Under the pieces are notes generated by a model. The model ran no database searches. It was not told the DNA's origin and saw nothing but the letters and a program-made list of their open reading frames with translations. A DNA stretch of 64,000 nucleotides. It comes from an uncultured archaeon. Lineage in GTDB: Archaea; Nanobdellota; Nanobdellia; Woesearchaeales; CAIVOO01. The stretch lies in assembly GCA_903904885.1 (NCBI GenBank), contig CAIVED010000027.1, forward strand, positions 1,558-65,557, written 5' to 3'. Every line of letters starts with the position of its first letter. The first letter of the stretch is position 1. A program made the translations under genes and the position numbers. This document shows, one piece after another, positions 32,124-42,776 of this stretch.

Positions 32124-33380
32124 TTACTCATACCTCAGCGCATCAACAGGATTAAGCTTGGAAGCGCGATATGCAGGTATCGCACCGGCTATCATTCCGA
32201 TTCCGACAGAAACAACAATTGCCACAATCAGGATAGTCGGGCTGACAAATGACGTGCCGCCCAGGCCAAATGCCCCTCTTCCCCCTCCGGTAAGCTGTAT
32301 CCCGCCAAGAGAGCTTATTGTTTCCGAGGAGATGACCCCGACTATTATTCCGCCTATTCCCCCAACCAGCCCAATCAAACCGGAATTAAACAGGAATATC
32401 AGCAGAATGTCCCTGTTCTTCGCCCCTATTGCTTTCATCATGCCTATCTCCCTTGTTTTTTCAAGCACAGATGTGAACATCGTATTTGCTATCCCCACTG
32501 CGCCGACTATGAGCGATATTCCTGCTATTGCCCCCAGAAACAGGGCAAGCGCATTCATTGTCTGCTGAATTGTCTGCTGGAAAGATGTGGGAGAAGAAAC
32601 GCTGAAATCCTGCTTGTTCGCCTGCAGAATCCCCCTTGAGAGCATCAGCTTGGAGGTAATAAGATTCATGGTGTCGTTTGCAAGATCAACATTCGCTATT
32701 TTTACCTGTATTGAATTAAGCTCAGTCTGCCCCACATTCGGCAAAACATCCCTTGCAACAGCAAGGGGAATGTAAATGGAAGAGCCTTCTGAAAGTATTC
32801 CAACAACATTAAACGACTTGCCCTCAATTGTTATTTTGTTGTTCAGCGCAATTGTCTTGCCAAAAACTGAATTTGCAACATTTGCCCCTATGACCGCAGA
32901 ATAGGTGTCTCCCTGCAAAAGGAACCTTCCGGAGCTGAGAGTTGATGTGGTAATATCTTTCCATACAGAAGTGTCAACGCCAGTAACTGAAAGCGTGGCG
33001 GTCTTGGCCGAAAACACAACACTCGGACGGTCAGAAACTTGGCCAAGGACATAATCAACATTCGGTATGCTTTTCAGGACAGTTATATCTCTCGATGTCA
33101 GATTTTTCCCCTGGAGGGACGTGCCTCCTCCTTCAGGTCCTCCTGGACCCCCGCCAAAACCAGCGCCCCTTGCCCTTGAAAATCCGGGGCTGACTGTTAT
33201 TATGTTTGCACCCAACCCCCCAAGCCGCTCTGACAATGTCCTTTGGGCTCCCTCGCTGATGGAAACAATCGCAACCACTGCGCCGATTCCTATTATGATT
33301 CCGATGATGGTCAGCCAGCTTCTCAGCTTGCTGTGAAAAAGTATATTAAGCGCCAGCTGGACTGATTTTCTTAGCCTCAT
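32124..33380 (-). CDS. ABC transporter permease (MacB/FtsX family)
   Basis: RSWLTIIGIIIG, VLEKTREIGMMKAIGA, PAYRASKLNPVDALRYE. Confidence 0.93.
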   Translation of the reverse strand: MRLRKSVQLALNILFHSKLRSWLTIIGIIIGIGAVVAIVSISEGAQRTLSERLGGLGANIITVSPGFSRARGAGFGGGPGGPEGGGTSLQGKNLTSRDITVLKSIPNVDYVLGQVSDRPSVVFSAKTATLSVTGVDTSVWKDITTSTLSSGRFLLQGDTYSAVIGANVANSVFGKTIALNNKITIEGKSFNVVGILSEGSSIYIPLAVARDVLPNVGQTELNSIQVKIANVDLANDTMNLITSKLMLSRGILQANKQDFSVSSPTSFQQTIQQTMNALALFLGAIAGISLIVGAVGIANTMFTSVLEKTREIGMMKAIGAKNRDILLIFLFNSGLIGLVGGIGGIIVGVISSETISSLGGIQLTGGGRGAFGLGGTSFVSPTILIVAIVVSVGIGMIAGAIPAYRASKLNPVDALRYE

Positions 33381-34453
33381 TTTTTGGATTTTGCATTTCT
33401 AACCCAGTCGGGGGTCTCACCCTTTTCCTGATGATGCTTTTCTGCTTTCCTCCTGAAAAATTTCATGTAGACCAGGAACACCACAATAATGCAAACTATG
33501 CCGATAATCAGCAAAGTGCCGCTTCCAAATGCCGAAGTTCCATTGGTTCTCCCTGCGCCCTGGAAATTTCCTGCTGCAGAAGAATTCCTCAGCCTTGTGA
33601 AATTGCCGCTGCTGCTTATTGCATACGGAAGCTCCATGTTGGCAACCCTCCTAATCCCTATATTGTCAGTGTAGTAAACATCAAATTTCAGGTTTTTGGA
33701 AACAGGACCGAAGCTTTCATTGCCAAAGTTCCTCGGGGAGCTTGCGTTCCTAAATCCTGCTGGCTGCGCAAGTTTCGGTGTAATTGTGAACCCGACCACG
33801 GTGTAATCCCCGCTTGCAAGATTCCCCACCATCTGGCCGCTGGTTCCGGTAGTTGAAAAGTCCTGCTGGTCAGGAATTCTTACCACCACCGAGTTTGCAG
33901 TGTATTTTCCGGCATTTGCTATGGCAATTGAAACCTGGGAACCGGTTATGTCCTGCATCACTGCGTCAAATGCTGTTCTCGCATCCTGTATTGTGATATT
34001 GAAGTGCCTTATCATGGGAGTTGAATTGCTCCATATGCCCGGGCTAAGCTGAACTTCTACGTCCGACTCACCATCAAGAGCATCCTTGTCCACCCTAAGG
34101 TGATAGGGAACCATCCAGTCTTTTTTGTAATCCTGTATGTATGTATCATCGGGAAGTGTCCTCAATCCGCTGGCATTGCCGTCAAGGGAAAAGGGATAGC
34201 TCATTAGCATCTCAAATCTTGAGCCGTTGCAGACATAGTTCTGCATCCAGTTTACCTGGAACACAACATCAACATAGCTGTCCGGCTGGGCAGGATAGGG
34301 ATTCTGGTTAACCAAAGTAACATTCAGGGCACAGTCTGCGTAATAGCTGTCAGCCACTGAACTCGCTGAATTTGATGAGCCTGGCGCATATGCAATGTTA
34401 GCCAAAAGCAAAACTAATCCTGCAATAATCATTAAATTTCCCAAGATTTTCAT
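33377..34453 (-). CDS. COG1361-like Ig-fold accessory membrane protein
   Basis: Signal, NQNPYPAQP, VGNLASGD, C-terminal TM; inside the ABC operon. Confidence 0.7.
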   Translation of the reverse strand: MKILGNLMIIAGLVLLLANIAYAPGSSNSASSVADSYYADCALNVTLVNQNPYPAQPDSYVDVVFQVNWMQNYVCNGSRFEMLMSYPFSLDGNASGLRTLPDDTYIQDYKKDWMVPYHLRVDKDALDGESDVEVQLSPGIWSNSTPMIRHFNITIQDARTAFDAVMQDITGSQVSIAIANAGKYTANSVVVRIPDQQDFSTTGTSGQMVGNLASGDYTVVGFTITPKLAQPAGFRNASSPRNFGNESFGPVSKNLKFDVYYTDNIGIRRVANMELPYAISSSGNFTRLRNSSAAGNFQGAGRTNGTSAFGSGTLLIIGIVCIIVVFLVYMKFFRRKAEKHHQEKGETPDWVRNAKSKK

Positions 34454-35181
34454 TTCTTCCGTCCCTCCTTTCTATTTACTGTTTCTTTTTCTATTTTTCC
34501 GTCTTTCATGTAAATAATCCTCTTTGCATATTTCACAAGATTTAATTCATGGGTTATAAGCACTACGGTTTTGCCTTCCCTGTTCATCCTGCTAAGGAAG
34601 TCTATCACAAATTTCCCTGTTTCGCTGTCAAGGTTTCCCGTGGGCTCATCTGCCAGTATTATTTCAGGGTCGTTTGCCAGCGCCCTTGCGATAGCAACCC
34701 TCTGCTGCTGCCCGCCGCTCAGCTGTCCGGGCCTGTGACGCATCCTGTTCCCCAGCCCAAGGGTGGTAAGCAGTTCCTGGGCCCTGCTTTTGGCAAGCCG
34801 CTCAGGAGCATCCACTATTTCCATTGGAAGCATGACATTTTCAACTGCGCTTAATGTTGGAAGCAAATTAAATTGCTGGAATATGAAGCCCACGGTCTTG
34901 CCTCTCAAAAAAGCAAGCGAAGACTCGGACATTTCGGATATGTTCTTGTCCTTGAGATAAATTGCGCCCCACGATGGCTTGTCCAGCGCCCCAATCATGT
35001 TCACCATTGTTGATTTGCCGGAGCCTGACGGGCCTGTTATGGCTACAAAATCTCCCTGATTTATGTCCAGGTTTATTTCTTTTAGCACAACAAGAGGCTC
35101 TGCCTCGCCCATATCATATTTCTTCCATACATTTTTGAGGCTAAGCACTGGTTTTTGGTTCATTTTGATTTCATCTCCCAA
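34450..35181 (-). CDS. ABC transporter ATP-binding protein (LolD/MacB-like)
   Basis: [28 protein letters not shown]. Confidence 0.95.
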   Translation of the reverse strand: MGDEIKMNQKPVLSLKNVWKKYDMGEAEPLVVLKEINLDINQGDFVAITGPSGSGKSTMVNMIGALDKPSWGAIYLKDKNISEMSESSLAFLRGKTVGFIFQQFNLLPTLSAVENVMLPMEIVDAPERLAKSRAQELLTTLGLGNRMRHRPGQLSGGQQQRVAIARALANDPEIILADEPTGNLDSETGKFVIDFLSRMNREGKTVVLITHELNLVKYAKRIIYMKDGKIEKETVNRKEGRKK

Positions 35182-35617
35182 AAAAAGGCCCGGGGCCTGC
35201 TCTTGGAGGCTCGGTGTGGGTTTGGTTTTCCATCCATCCGTAAAAATCAGTTTCTGAGCGCATAACTATGTCGCCTGAGTCCGCATCAACAAGATACAGA
35301 TATCTCCTGGATGAGTCGTAGAGAGAAACCTGAATTATGTTTTTATTCTGCCCCTCTCTTGCAAATCCCCTTGCCATGTCAGATATCTGAATCTTGTAAT
35401 CTGAAATATTTTCCCCGCTGATAGACAAATCTTTGGCAACAGCGCTTTTTGCCAACTCCACCTGGGAAGGGTTGGCAGCAATTCTATGGGGCTCTGAATG
35501 GTTCAGCCTGACCAGGCCAAATATGACTATTGCGCAAAAAACAGCTACAAATGCCAGGGCCACTCCTTTCCAGAACAGGTTTCCATGAGATTCTTTATTT
35601 CTTTTTTCTTTTGCCAT
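35171..35617 (-). CDS. Membrane-anchored hypothetical protein (PepSY-like end)
   Basis: N-terminal TM, YLVDADSGDIV. Confidence 0.6.
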   Translation of the reverse strand: MAKEKRNKESHGNLFWKGVALAFVAVFCAIVIFGLVRLNHSEPHRIAANPSQVELAKSAVAKDLSISGENISDYKIQISDMARGFAREGQNKNIIQVSLYDSSRRYLYLVDADSGDIVMRSETDFYGWMENQTHTEPPRAGPGPFFGR

Positions 35618-35826
35618 ATCAGCTTAATAATATGAAACAGCATATAAAAGTTTCTGTAACTGGTTTCATTTTTGTGAAACGTCAGAAATTGCTCTGAATA
35701 AAAGCTTCTTTGCTTGATGGAACTAAAAACCAGCAATTTCTGAGCGTGCTCAAGAACCACTTTACAAGCAAGTGGTTCTTGACACCAATGGAAACATTTA
35801 AAATCCAGCATTGAAAAACATGGAGC

Positions 35827-36315
35827 ATGAAGAGGTACAAGCTCGTAATCGCTGTGGTCCTGATGGCAAGTTCAATAGTGCTGCTTCTAAGCAAGCTATT
35901 CACACCCCAGCCAATACAGATAATCCTGGAAACCGGACAGGAGGTTACAACCCAAAATCCAAGCTATTATGGCCTTTCAGAAGTCCTGCTGCTTGTGGTT
36001 GCATCATTTGTCATAGGCGCCACGGCCATATACCTTTTTTACAATTCAGAGCAGGTCGCAGTAATTGCATCCAATGGCCAGAAAATTGACAAAAGCAAAT
36101 ACAGGCATATCTCCAATATTCTAAAAAGCGATGAAAAAAAGATATTTGATGCCCTTGTGGATGAAAATGGCGAGATGCTCCAAAACAGGCTGGTTGTTAA
36201 AACGGGGCTTTCAAAGGTTTCTGTTACGAGAGCCCTGGCAAAACTTGGAGAAAAAAGCATAGTAACCAGGGAAAGGCACGGGCTTACAAATAAAATACGA
36301 GTTAAACTAGAATAA
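35827..36315 (+). CDS. Membrane-bound winged-helix regulator (COG2512-like)
   Basis: 2 TM then DEKKI...GEMLQ..L...TGLSKVSVTRAL..L..K.IV.RERHGLTN; divergent from the ABC operon. Confidence 0.8.
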   Translation: MKRYKLVIAVVLMASSIVLLLSKLFTPQPIQIILETGQEVTTQNPSYYGLSEVLLLVVASFVIGATAIYLFYNSEQVAVIASNGQKIDKSKYRHISNILKSDEKKIFDALVDENGEMLQNRLVVKTGLSKVSVTRALAKLGEKSIVTRERHGLTNKIRVKLE

Positions 36316-36326
36316 GCCTATGAAAA

Positions 36327-37877
36327 TCATGACACCTTAGCTGCACTGAAGGTTATTGTCGCATTCTTTGCCCCTGCGCCAACATTGCTCGGGACAACAA
36401 GCCTTGAAGGAACCTTAAAATTATCTGCAGGGTTCATGTACTGAAGAAGAGGGCATAGGACATTCGGTGTCTCTGAAGAATTCGGAACCTCTGCATAGGT
36501 CGTGTTCAAATCAGAACAGGCCCCTGATTCGGCAGCAACACCCTTTATCCGGAAACTAGGGCTGGTTCCGCCAATAAACTGCCCCGCATTTTTGTTTGAT
36601 GTGTAGTTTATGCTGATATTATCCGTGCCATCATTCTCGATGGTTATGAAACCCCTCTGGAAGTACCAGCTTCCGTTTATGGCTGCGCTCGAATTGAAAT
36701 CTTCCTCAGCAACATCATACTCCCAGGTTTCATTGAGATAGAGTTGACTATACCCCGGGGTAATGTAATATCCATAGGAAATCAGCGTCTTGTTTATTGA
36801 GGTGTCAAAAGCGGCGTACGGGTACATGATATAATGCAGGGAAGACTTGTTGACCCAGCCCGTTCCGTTATATTCAAATACCTTGTTTGAAGCATAGGGT
36901 ATGGCTGGCAAATAGCCGCCAACCAGAACTATTTTTTTCCTTAGGGAATCATAAACCATTGCCCCCAGGGATCTCTGTGCCGGAGGAGACTCCCCTGATA
37001 GCGAAGGGGTAACATTTGTCCAGGAGTTTCCATCATACTCCCAGGTTTCATTTAAATAGTTGCTGCCATAGTCCCCGAAGAAGACAGTTACATTCCTGCC
37101 GGCATCATAGGCCATAGCGGAATAAAGTGCCTGTGTAGGATGGGTTCCGCTTGTCCTGTTGGTCCAGGTATTTGCGCTTGCATTATACTCCCAGGTTTCA
37201 GAACCAGAGCACAGCACAGTAACATTTCTCTTGCTGTCAAAAGCCATGGGAGCATCGCCAGTGGGCAAAGGGCTGGTCGGTGGAAACAGCTGCTCCCAAT
37301 CCCCTGATGAATTGAATTTCCAGGTCTCATTTAAATAGGTTCCATTGGTCCCTCCAAAAAGTATTATTGCGCCTATGGACTTGTCATAGGCCATTGAATG
37401 GCCCTCAAAAGCATTTGGATGATGCGTGATGATTAAATTTGTCCACTGCCTGTTGCTGTAATTAAACTGCCATGTTTGGACGTTGAAATCCGGCGAAGGA
37501 AAGTCAGGCGCAGTAGTCTCTGTTCCGTACATTATGGACACTCCAAGCGTATCATCATATATAAAATTAACATGCCCATTATATGGCCTCTCTTCCGAGA
37601 CATCAGTTAGATTTGTCACGTTGTGCAAATCCACATAACCAAGCTCGCTGTCAAGAATAGCCTCAGAGGCATTCGCATTAACCCTGCCGGCGCCGAAATT
37701 AACAGAGCCGGTCACAAGAACTGAAACCTCCTCGGTGAGATTGAAAGAAGTGCTTGAAGAGCCCGCAGATGAAAAACCAGCAATTTGCACCATCCTGGAA
37801 GGCGTAATTAACAAGGATGCCAGCATGACAATGATTAAAATTCCAATCAAAAGCGCCAGGGTTTTATTTTTCAGCAA
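36327..37877 (-). CDS. Secreted Kelch-like beta-propeller surface protein
   Basis: Repeats MAYD....ILFGG...NETWEYD. Confidence 0.8.
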   Translation of the reverse strand: MLKNKTLALLIGILIIVMLASLLITPSRMVQIAGFSSAGSSSTSFNLTEEVSVLVTGSVNFGAGRVNANASEAILDSELGYVDLHNVTNLTDVSEERPYNGHVNFIYDDTLGVSIMYGTETTAPDFPSPDFNVQTWQFNYSNRQWTNLIITHHPNAFEGHSMAYDKSIGAIILFGGTNGTYLNETWKFNSSGDWEQLFPPTSPLPTGDAPMAFDSKRNVTVLCSGSETWEYNASANTWTNRTSGTHPTQALYSAMAYDAGRNVTVFFGDYGSNYLNETWEYDGNSWTNVTPSLSGESPPAQRSLGAMVYDSLRKKIVLVGGYLPAIPYASNKVFEYNGTGWVNKSSLHYIMYPYAAFDTSINKTLISYGYYITPGYSQLYLNETWEYDVAEEDFNSSAAINGSWYFQRGFITIENDGTDNISINYTSNKNAGQFIGGTSPSFRIKGVAAESGACSDLNTTYAEVPNSSETPNVLCPLLQYMNPADNFKVPSRLVVPSNVGAGAKNATITFSAAKVS

Positions 37878-37919
37878 AGACTATCACCATGCCTGGTTTT
37901 GGCTTGGTAGTTTATAAAA

Positions 37920-38711
37920 TTATCCTTTGCCCGCATGCTTTTTGCGCCTGTAAAAAAGAAGCGATGCAGCAATTATCACAGCCAAAACAGCAAGCGGCAG
38001 CAGCCACCCATTGTCAAATGCCCCGCCTATGAAAAACGCAAGCCCTGCCGGCGAGAACTTGGAATATGCGCAGCATGGCATCTGGATTCCGGCAAGCTCG
38101 TCCTTTGTGAAATGGCTGTAAAACGCCCCGCAGTATCTCAGCTGGAAAGAAACAGGGCAATTGACAGCCCCGCCATTAAAAACATAGTTTGAGGGAAAAA
38201 TGTAATAGTCACTGTTCCTTTTTTCTGTCAGGAACTTTTTCGGGTCTGAGCGGAACTCGAGGAGGGAGTTATATGAATTGAATTTCACAATTATGTTGTT
38301 CTGGTTCGGTTCTGCGCAGTATTTTTCAGTTATCAGCGGCTGTCCCTTGTATTTCAGCAGTTCATAGTAGTATGCATTATTGCTGCCGGCTTCAACAACT
38401 ATGCAGAAAGCCGCGCCGTCGCCAAGTGAAGCAAATGATTTGTCTTCCACCAGGCTTTGTATCACCGCTCCAACCTCCTCGCTCGAGGCAGCAGGAATCT
38501 CTGCTTCAACAGGAGTTTCAGCAGGGGTTTCGGCAGAAATGGGAACTGGCTCCTCTGCCGCAGTCTCCTCAACAAAAGTGTTGTTGCCTGCGGAAATAAC
38601 ATCATAGGACTGAAGCCCGGTAATAGCGGGATAAGAATATTTATTGTAAATGAAAGAGACTGCCATTAGCGCGGTCAGAAGAAACAACAAAACAACCAGC
38701 GCCCCTTTCAT
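37920..38711 (-). CDS. Membrane-anchored secreted protein
   Basis: Signal with ITG motif, C-terminal TM plus basic tail. Confidence 0.65.
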   Translation of the reverse strand: MKGALVVLLFLLTALMAVSFIYNKYSYPAITGLQSYDVISAGNNTFVEETAAEEPVPISAETPAETPVEAEIPAASSEEVGAVIQSLVEDKSFASLGDGAAFCIVVEAGSNNAYYYELLKYKGQPLITEKYCAEPNQNNIIVKFNSYNSLLEFRSDPKKFLTEKRNSDYYIFPSNYVFNGGAVNCPVSFQLRYCGAFYSHFTKDELAGIQMPCCAYSKFSPAGLAFFIGGAFDNGWLLPLAVLAVIIAASLLFYRRKKHAGKG

Positions 38712-38714
38712 TCC

Positions 38715-40481
38715 CTACCTCTTTTTCTGCTCATTGAAATATTCCTCAACCATCTGCAATGTGCTAACCTCTTCCGGCGAGCGATCGTCCCTCAGCCGCC
38801 TGACCCTCGGGAACCTAAGCGCGTAGCCTGAATTGTATGTGGGTGATTTCTGTATTTCCTCATAGGTCACCTCAACAACAATCTCCGGCTTTATTTTCAC
38901 TTCCTTGCCTTTCTCAGAGATTACATGCTTTTTAAGCATTTGCGTCAATTGCTCAAATGAAACGCCCTCCTCCTCTTTTTCTTTTATCCCTGTTCCAACC
39001 TTGCCGACTTCCATGTATTCCCCGGAATCCTCATCAAGGCAGGCAAGAGTGAAGCTTGAAAGCCAGCCGGCCCTTTTCCCTGAGCCCCATTCCCCTCCGA
39101 CAATGACCAAATCCAGTTCTTTCATTGTGGGCTTTAGCTTTATCATGAATCCAACTCTTGAGCCGGGCTTGTAGGGTGCTTTCAGGTTTTTCATCATGAC
39201 ACCTTCATTGCCAGCATTCAAAGACTGCCGGTAGAATTTCTCTGCATCGGTTTTGCTTTCAGTTATGATTTGCTCTGCCAAAACAATGGCCCATTTTTTC
39301 GGCTTTACGATTTTCTCAATCAGCTTCCTTCTTTCCTCAAAAGGGGTTTTAATTGTGGTTTTGTTATTGTAATAAAGAATGTCAAAAACATTAAGCTCAA
39401 CAGGAAACTCTTTTGCCGTCTTTTCGATGTCATATTTTCTTTTTATTCTCTGGGAAACATCCTGGAACGGCCGGTATTTTTTTGTTTTCGGGTTGTAGCC
39501 AACAGCCTCGGAATCAAGAATGAATGATGCATTCTGGGTGTTTTCTTTTATTGCCTCGACAACATCAGGGAACTGGTGCGTGACATTTTCCAGCCTTCTT
39601 GTGTAAAGCATTATTTTGTCCCTATTCCTGTGAACCTGGATTCTGAAACCGTCATATTTGTATTCTATTGCTGCAGGTGTTTCGACACGCTCAAAACCCT
39701 CATTGAAATCCGCAACTTTCTGGGCGAGCATAACCTTGACAGGCCTCCCCACCTCAAACTCGATTTCAGCCAGTCCCTTTTCTCCTGATTTTTTCGCCGC
39801 CTTTGCAACAATGGAGAAATCATTGGCAACATCATAGGCATTCTGCACAATCTCCAGAAAATGATTGTACCTGTCCCGGTTTTTCTCAGGAAATGCCACA
39901 TTGTTCAGCTTTTTGTCATAGTCCAGCCCGATTTCCTTTCCAAAAACAGACCACACAATTGCATCCCTTATCGTTCCCTCGCCAAGGCCAACCCTCAAAT
40001 CCTCAAGAACAGTCCTTATTATGTACCTTGCCTCATTTGGCTTTGCGCTTGTCAGCAATTCGGCAACAAGCTTGACTTTCACGTCAACACTGCCCAGGCC
40101 CTCGATTGTTGCAAGCTTCCTGATATTTTCAAAAACCTTTGAGACGGTCAATTCAGATGAGAATAAAGTTCTTTGGTGCTTTTTTCCAATGAGATCCTCT
40201 GCTGTTGCGCCCAAATCCCCTGTTTTCTTCAGGCTCTTTTCTATCAAATCTTTCGAGAGGCCTGTTGCGGTTTCAAGGGCCTTAAGCACCATCTTGGAAG
40301 CAAAACCGATTTTTCTCTCATCCCAGGGAGGAAAAACCTTCCCCCCGGCAAGAAGAACAACCTTGTCAATGTCGTCCGCAGGGACCTCCTTCAGAAACTC
40401 GGATAAAATATGTGTTTTTTCCAAACGCTTTGTCGTATTGTCCAGCTGTTCATACAGCTCTGCCAGTTTGGAGTATTTCAT
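38715..40481 (-). CDS. lig: ATP-dependent DNA ligase
   Basis: EYKYDGFR, EGVMMK, KLK, ALRFPR. Confidence 0.97.
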   Translation of the reverse strand: MKYSKLAELYEQLDNTTKRLEKTHILSEFLKEVPADDIDKVVLLAGGKVFPPWDERKIGFASKMVLKALETATGLSKDLIEKSLKKTGDLGATAEDLIGKKHQRTLFSSELTVSKVFENIRKLATIEGLGSVDVKVKLVAELLTSAKPNEARYIIRTVLEDLRVGLGEGTIRDAIVWSVFGKEIGLDYDKKLNNVAFPEKNRDRYNHFLEIVQNAYDVANDFSIVAKAAKKSGEKGLAEIEFEVGRPVKVMLAQKVADFNEGFERVETPAAIEYKYDGFRIQVHRNRDKIMLYTRRLENVTHQFPDVVEAIKENTQNASFILDSEAVGYNPKTKKYRPFQDVSQRIKRKYDIEKTAKEFPVELNVFDILYYNNKTTIKTPFEERRKLIEKIVKPKKWAIVLAEQIITESKTDAEKFYRQSLNAGNEGVMMKNLKAPYKPGSRVGFMIKLKPTMKELDLVIVGGEWGSGKRAGWLSSFTLACLDEDSGEYMEVGKVGTGIKEKEEEGVSFEQLTQMLKKHVISEKGKEVKIKPEIVVEVTYEEIQKSPTYNSGYALRFPRVRRLRDDRSPEEVSTLQMVEEYFNEQKKR

Positions 40482-40514
40482 TGGCTTAAAAAAGGAGTTT
40501 TCGTTTAAAAAGGT

Positions 40515-42674
40515 TTATTTTTTGCGTGAGGATTTTGAAAGTTTGACATCCCGCTTGGCGTCCTTGAGCATTTTTTTTATTGCAGCAATATGCGAAAGTG
40601 AATGCAAGTCAGTGCTTACTATATCCTTCAAGGTAGCTTCATTTTTCGCGTACCTTTCCAGTGTTTGCTTGAGACTTACTAAGAAATATTTGAATTGCTC
40701 TGCCTGAGTGGCATAGATTTTTCTCCGTCTAAATGACACGTCCTCAGATTCAGGCTCATCAGCAAATAAACCCGGCTGGCTGGTATTTGCCCCAAGACGG
40801 TCTATAAACGCGCTTATATCCTGCCTTATTTCACTTTGTGTTGTTTTGCCTCTGATAACCGCATCATATGCTATCTCCAGCTGTTCGTCAAAAGTAAGTT
40901 TCCTTCTCTCAACTCCTCCTCTTCCTTCAACCGGGACAGTTAAATTTTCATTTGCAAACAGCATGGCCGCAGAATAGCTAAGAAGGCCTTCCCCGACTAA
41001 AGTTTTTACCTCTGGTGCAACCAGTTTAGCAAAACTTAAAACATCCAGACCGGTCCTTCTGCTGATTTTGAGCATTTTAACAACATCATTCAGTCCTTCT
41101 GCTCCGGCAAGTTCATAAACTTCAATCAAAGCATTTCCCCTCTCTTCTGCAGTAAATGGTTCCTGGGTATTTTCATCATTCTGCAGCCAGGACCTTAATT
41201 CCCTGCTGAGATTTTGGATTTCGATTACCCGCACGGTATCCACTCCTGCGTGCTTGCAGGCCTCATATCTTCTGTGACCACAAATAAGTTTGTATTCCTT
41301 TCGTCCTATTTTTTCTACCAGGAGCGCATTGAACAGTCCGGCCATCTTAATAGATTCACCCAAAGATTCTACTTCATTATCCGCAACAGGGCCTCTTGGA
41401 TTTTCAGGGTCAGGGGTAATGTATTCCAATTTCACAACTTTAATTTTTCTGGTTGCTTTTCTTTGAACAGTCGGCCGATCTCTTGACTCAATTTCTCTCA
41501 GTTTTTTAGCAATGGTCACATGGCATATTGAACCACCATTGGCTGCAGTTCCATTAGTGAGCGCGTCCAGGTACTCTGTATGCTTCGCAACGGCAGTTTC
41601 AAGCATACTGAGGCTTTTTAGGCAGGAGTCTACTTTTTCCTCAAGCGAACCCTGCACATTTGCCTTGTAATCATCATCAATCCTGCTGAGTTTCCAGGTT
41701 CTGGAAATATAATCTCTTGCCATTCCCAGACTCTCCCTGACCTCGAGAATGTTTTGTTTTCTGCAGGCTGCTCTGCGCTCTGCCTGGCTTTGCCTGTTAA
41801 TCTGCGCCAGGTCTGTTTCGTCTTCAACCTCAGGAATATTCTCCAAATCCCGCCTCCTTTTTTGCTGGGCAATTATGCGCTTTGCCATAGCGGATAATTC
41901 CTTTGGAACAGACGCCTGGCGTGAGGCCTTCAAAATATCCCTATAAATTATTTCTTTAAATTTTTCAAAAGGGGTATTTGCATATTTCAGGGCAAGCTCA
42001 TGCTGTTCTGTCTTGCCTGGAATCCAGGATAACAAAACTGCCCTTTCATAGCTCAGACCTTCCTCTGCAACTATTTTCTTTACTCTATATGCACAGTTAT
42101 ACACATATCTGTATGCGTCCCGGATAGCTCTTTCAGGCACACTGGCATATTTGCTGAATTCTTTTACAGTAAAAGGCGGCTTGCTCTGGTATTCTCTTGC
42201 CTTATTTTCATCGTTCATCAGTCTTACAATTTCCTCTGCCCTCCTGAAAGGAGGCGGAGCAACCTGGCTGTCCTCCTGGATTTGGATTATCCTCCTCTCA
42301 AGAATTGGCAAAGGTATTTTGGAATTCCTGACATCTATTTCTATGTCTGCAAATCCTGCTTCCTTTGCTGCAAGAAGTCTTCTATGGCCATAAATCAGAA
42401 AAAGAATATCATCATCATCTGAAACACCTTTAAGAACAGTATTTTTATCCTCTTCCTTGACGTCATGCCTCCCGAGAATATATTCCCGGTATACCCTGCC
42501 TTTAACCCATTCAGCCAGGGGGTATGATATCTGCCCGTGACTCGCCATGGATTTAGAAAGCTGCGTTAATTTGTCCTCTTTAACCGTTTTTCTCGGCTGG
42601 CCAAGGTCAGGCTTAACAGTCTCTAAAGACGCGACAAATCTCGTTGAAGTTAAATCAATTCTGGCAACATCCAT
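40515..42674 (-). CDS. Protein with two tandem ParB/Srx domains
   Basis: QPRK..SMASHGQ..LIYGHRRLLAA and NPRG..SIKMAGL..LICGHRRYEAC, each followed by a helical/HTH region. Confidence 0.8.
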   Translation of the reverse strand: MDVARIDLTSTRFVASLETVKPDLGQPRKTVKEDKLTQLSKSMASHGQISYPLAEWVKGRVYREYILGRHDVKEEDKNTVLKGVSDDDDILFLIYGHRRLLAAKEAGFADIEIDVRNSKIPLPILERRIIQIQEDSQVAPPPFRRAEEIVRLMNDENKAREYQSKPPFTVKEFSKYASVPERAIRDAYRYVYNCAYRVKKIVAEEGLSYERAVLLSWIPGKTEQHELALKYANTPFEKFKEIIYRDILKASRQASVPKELSAMAKRIIAQQKRRRDLENIPEVEDETDLAQINRQSQAERRAACRKQNILEVRESLGMARDYISRTWKLSRIDDDYKANVQGSLEEKVDSCLKSLSMLETAVAKHTEYLDALTNGTAANGGSICHVTIAKKLREIESRDRPTVQRKATRKIKVVKLEYITPDPENPRGPVADNEVESLGESIKMAGLFNALLVEKIGRKEYKLICGHRRYEACKHAGVDTVRVIEIQNLSRELRSWLQNDENTQEPFTAEERGNALIEVYELAGAEGLNDVVKMLKISRRTGLDVLSFAKLVAPEVKTLVGEGLLSYSAAMLFANENLTVPVEGRGGVERRKLTFDEQLEIAYDAVIRGKTTQSEIRQDISAFIDRLGANTSQPGLFADEPESEDVSFRRRKIYATQAEQFKYFLVSLKQTLERYAKNEATLKDIVSTDLHSLSHIAAIKKMLKDAKRDVKLSKSSRKK

Positions 42675-42776
42675 CCAACATCCCCCAATAGTAGCAAACT
42701 AGATTGAAGCAGTTTATAACGATTATTGTTCTTTAAAATAGATAATTTTAAATAGAGATTTTTGTTTAAAAACCAA

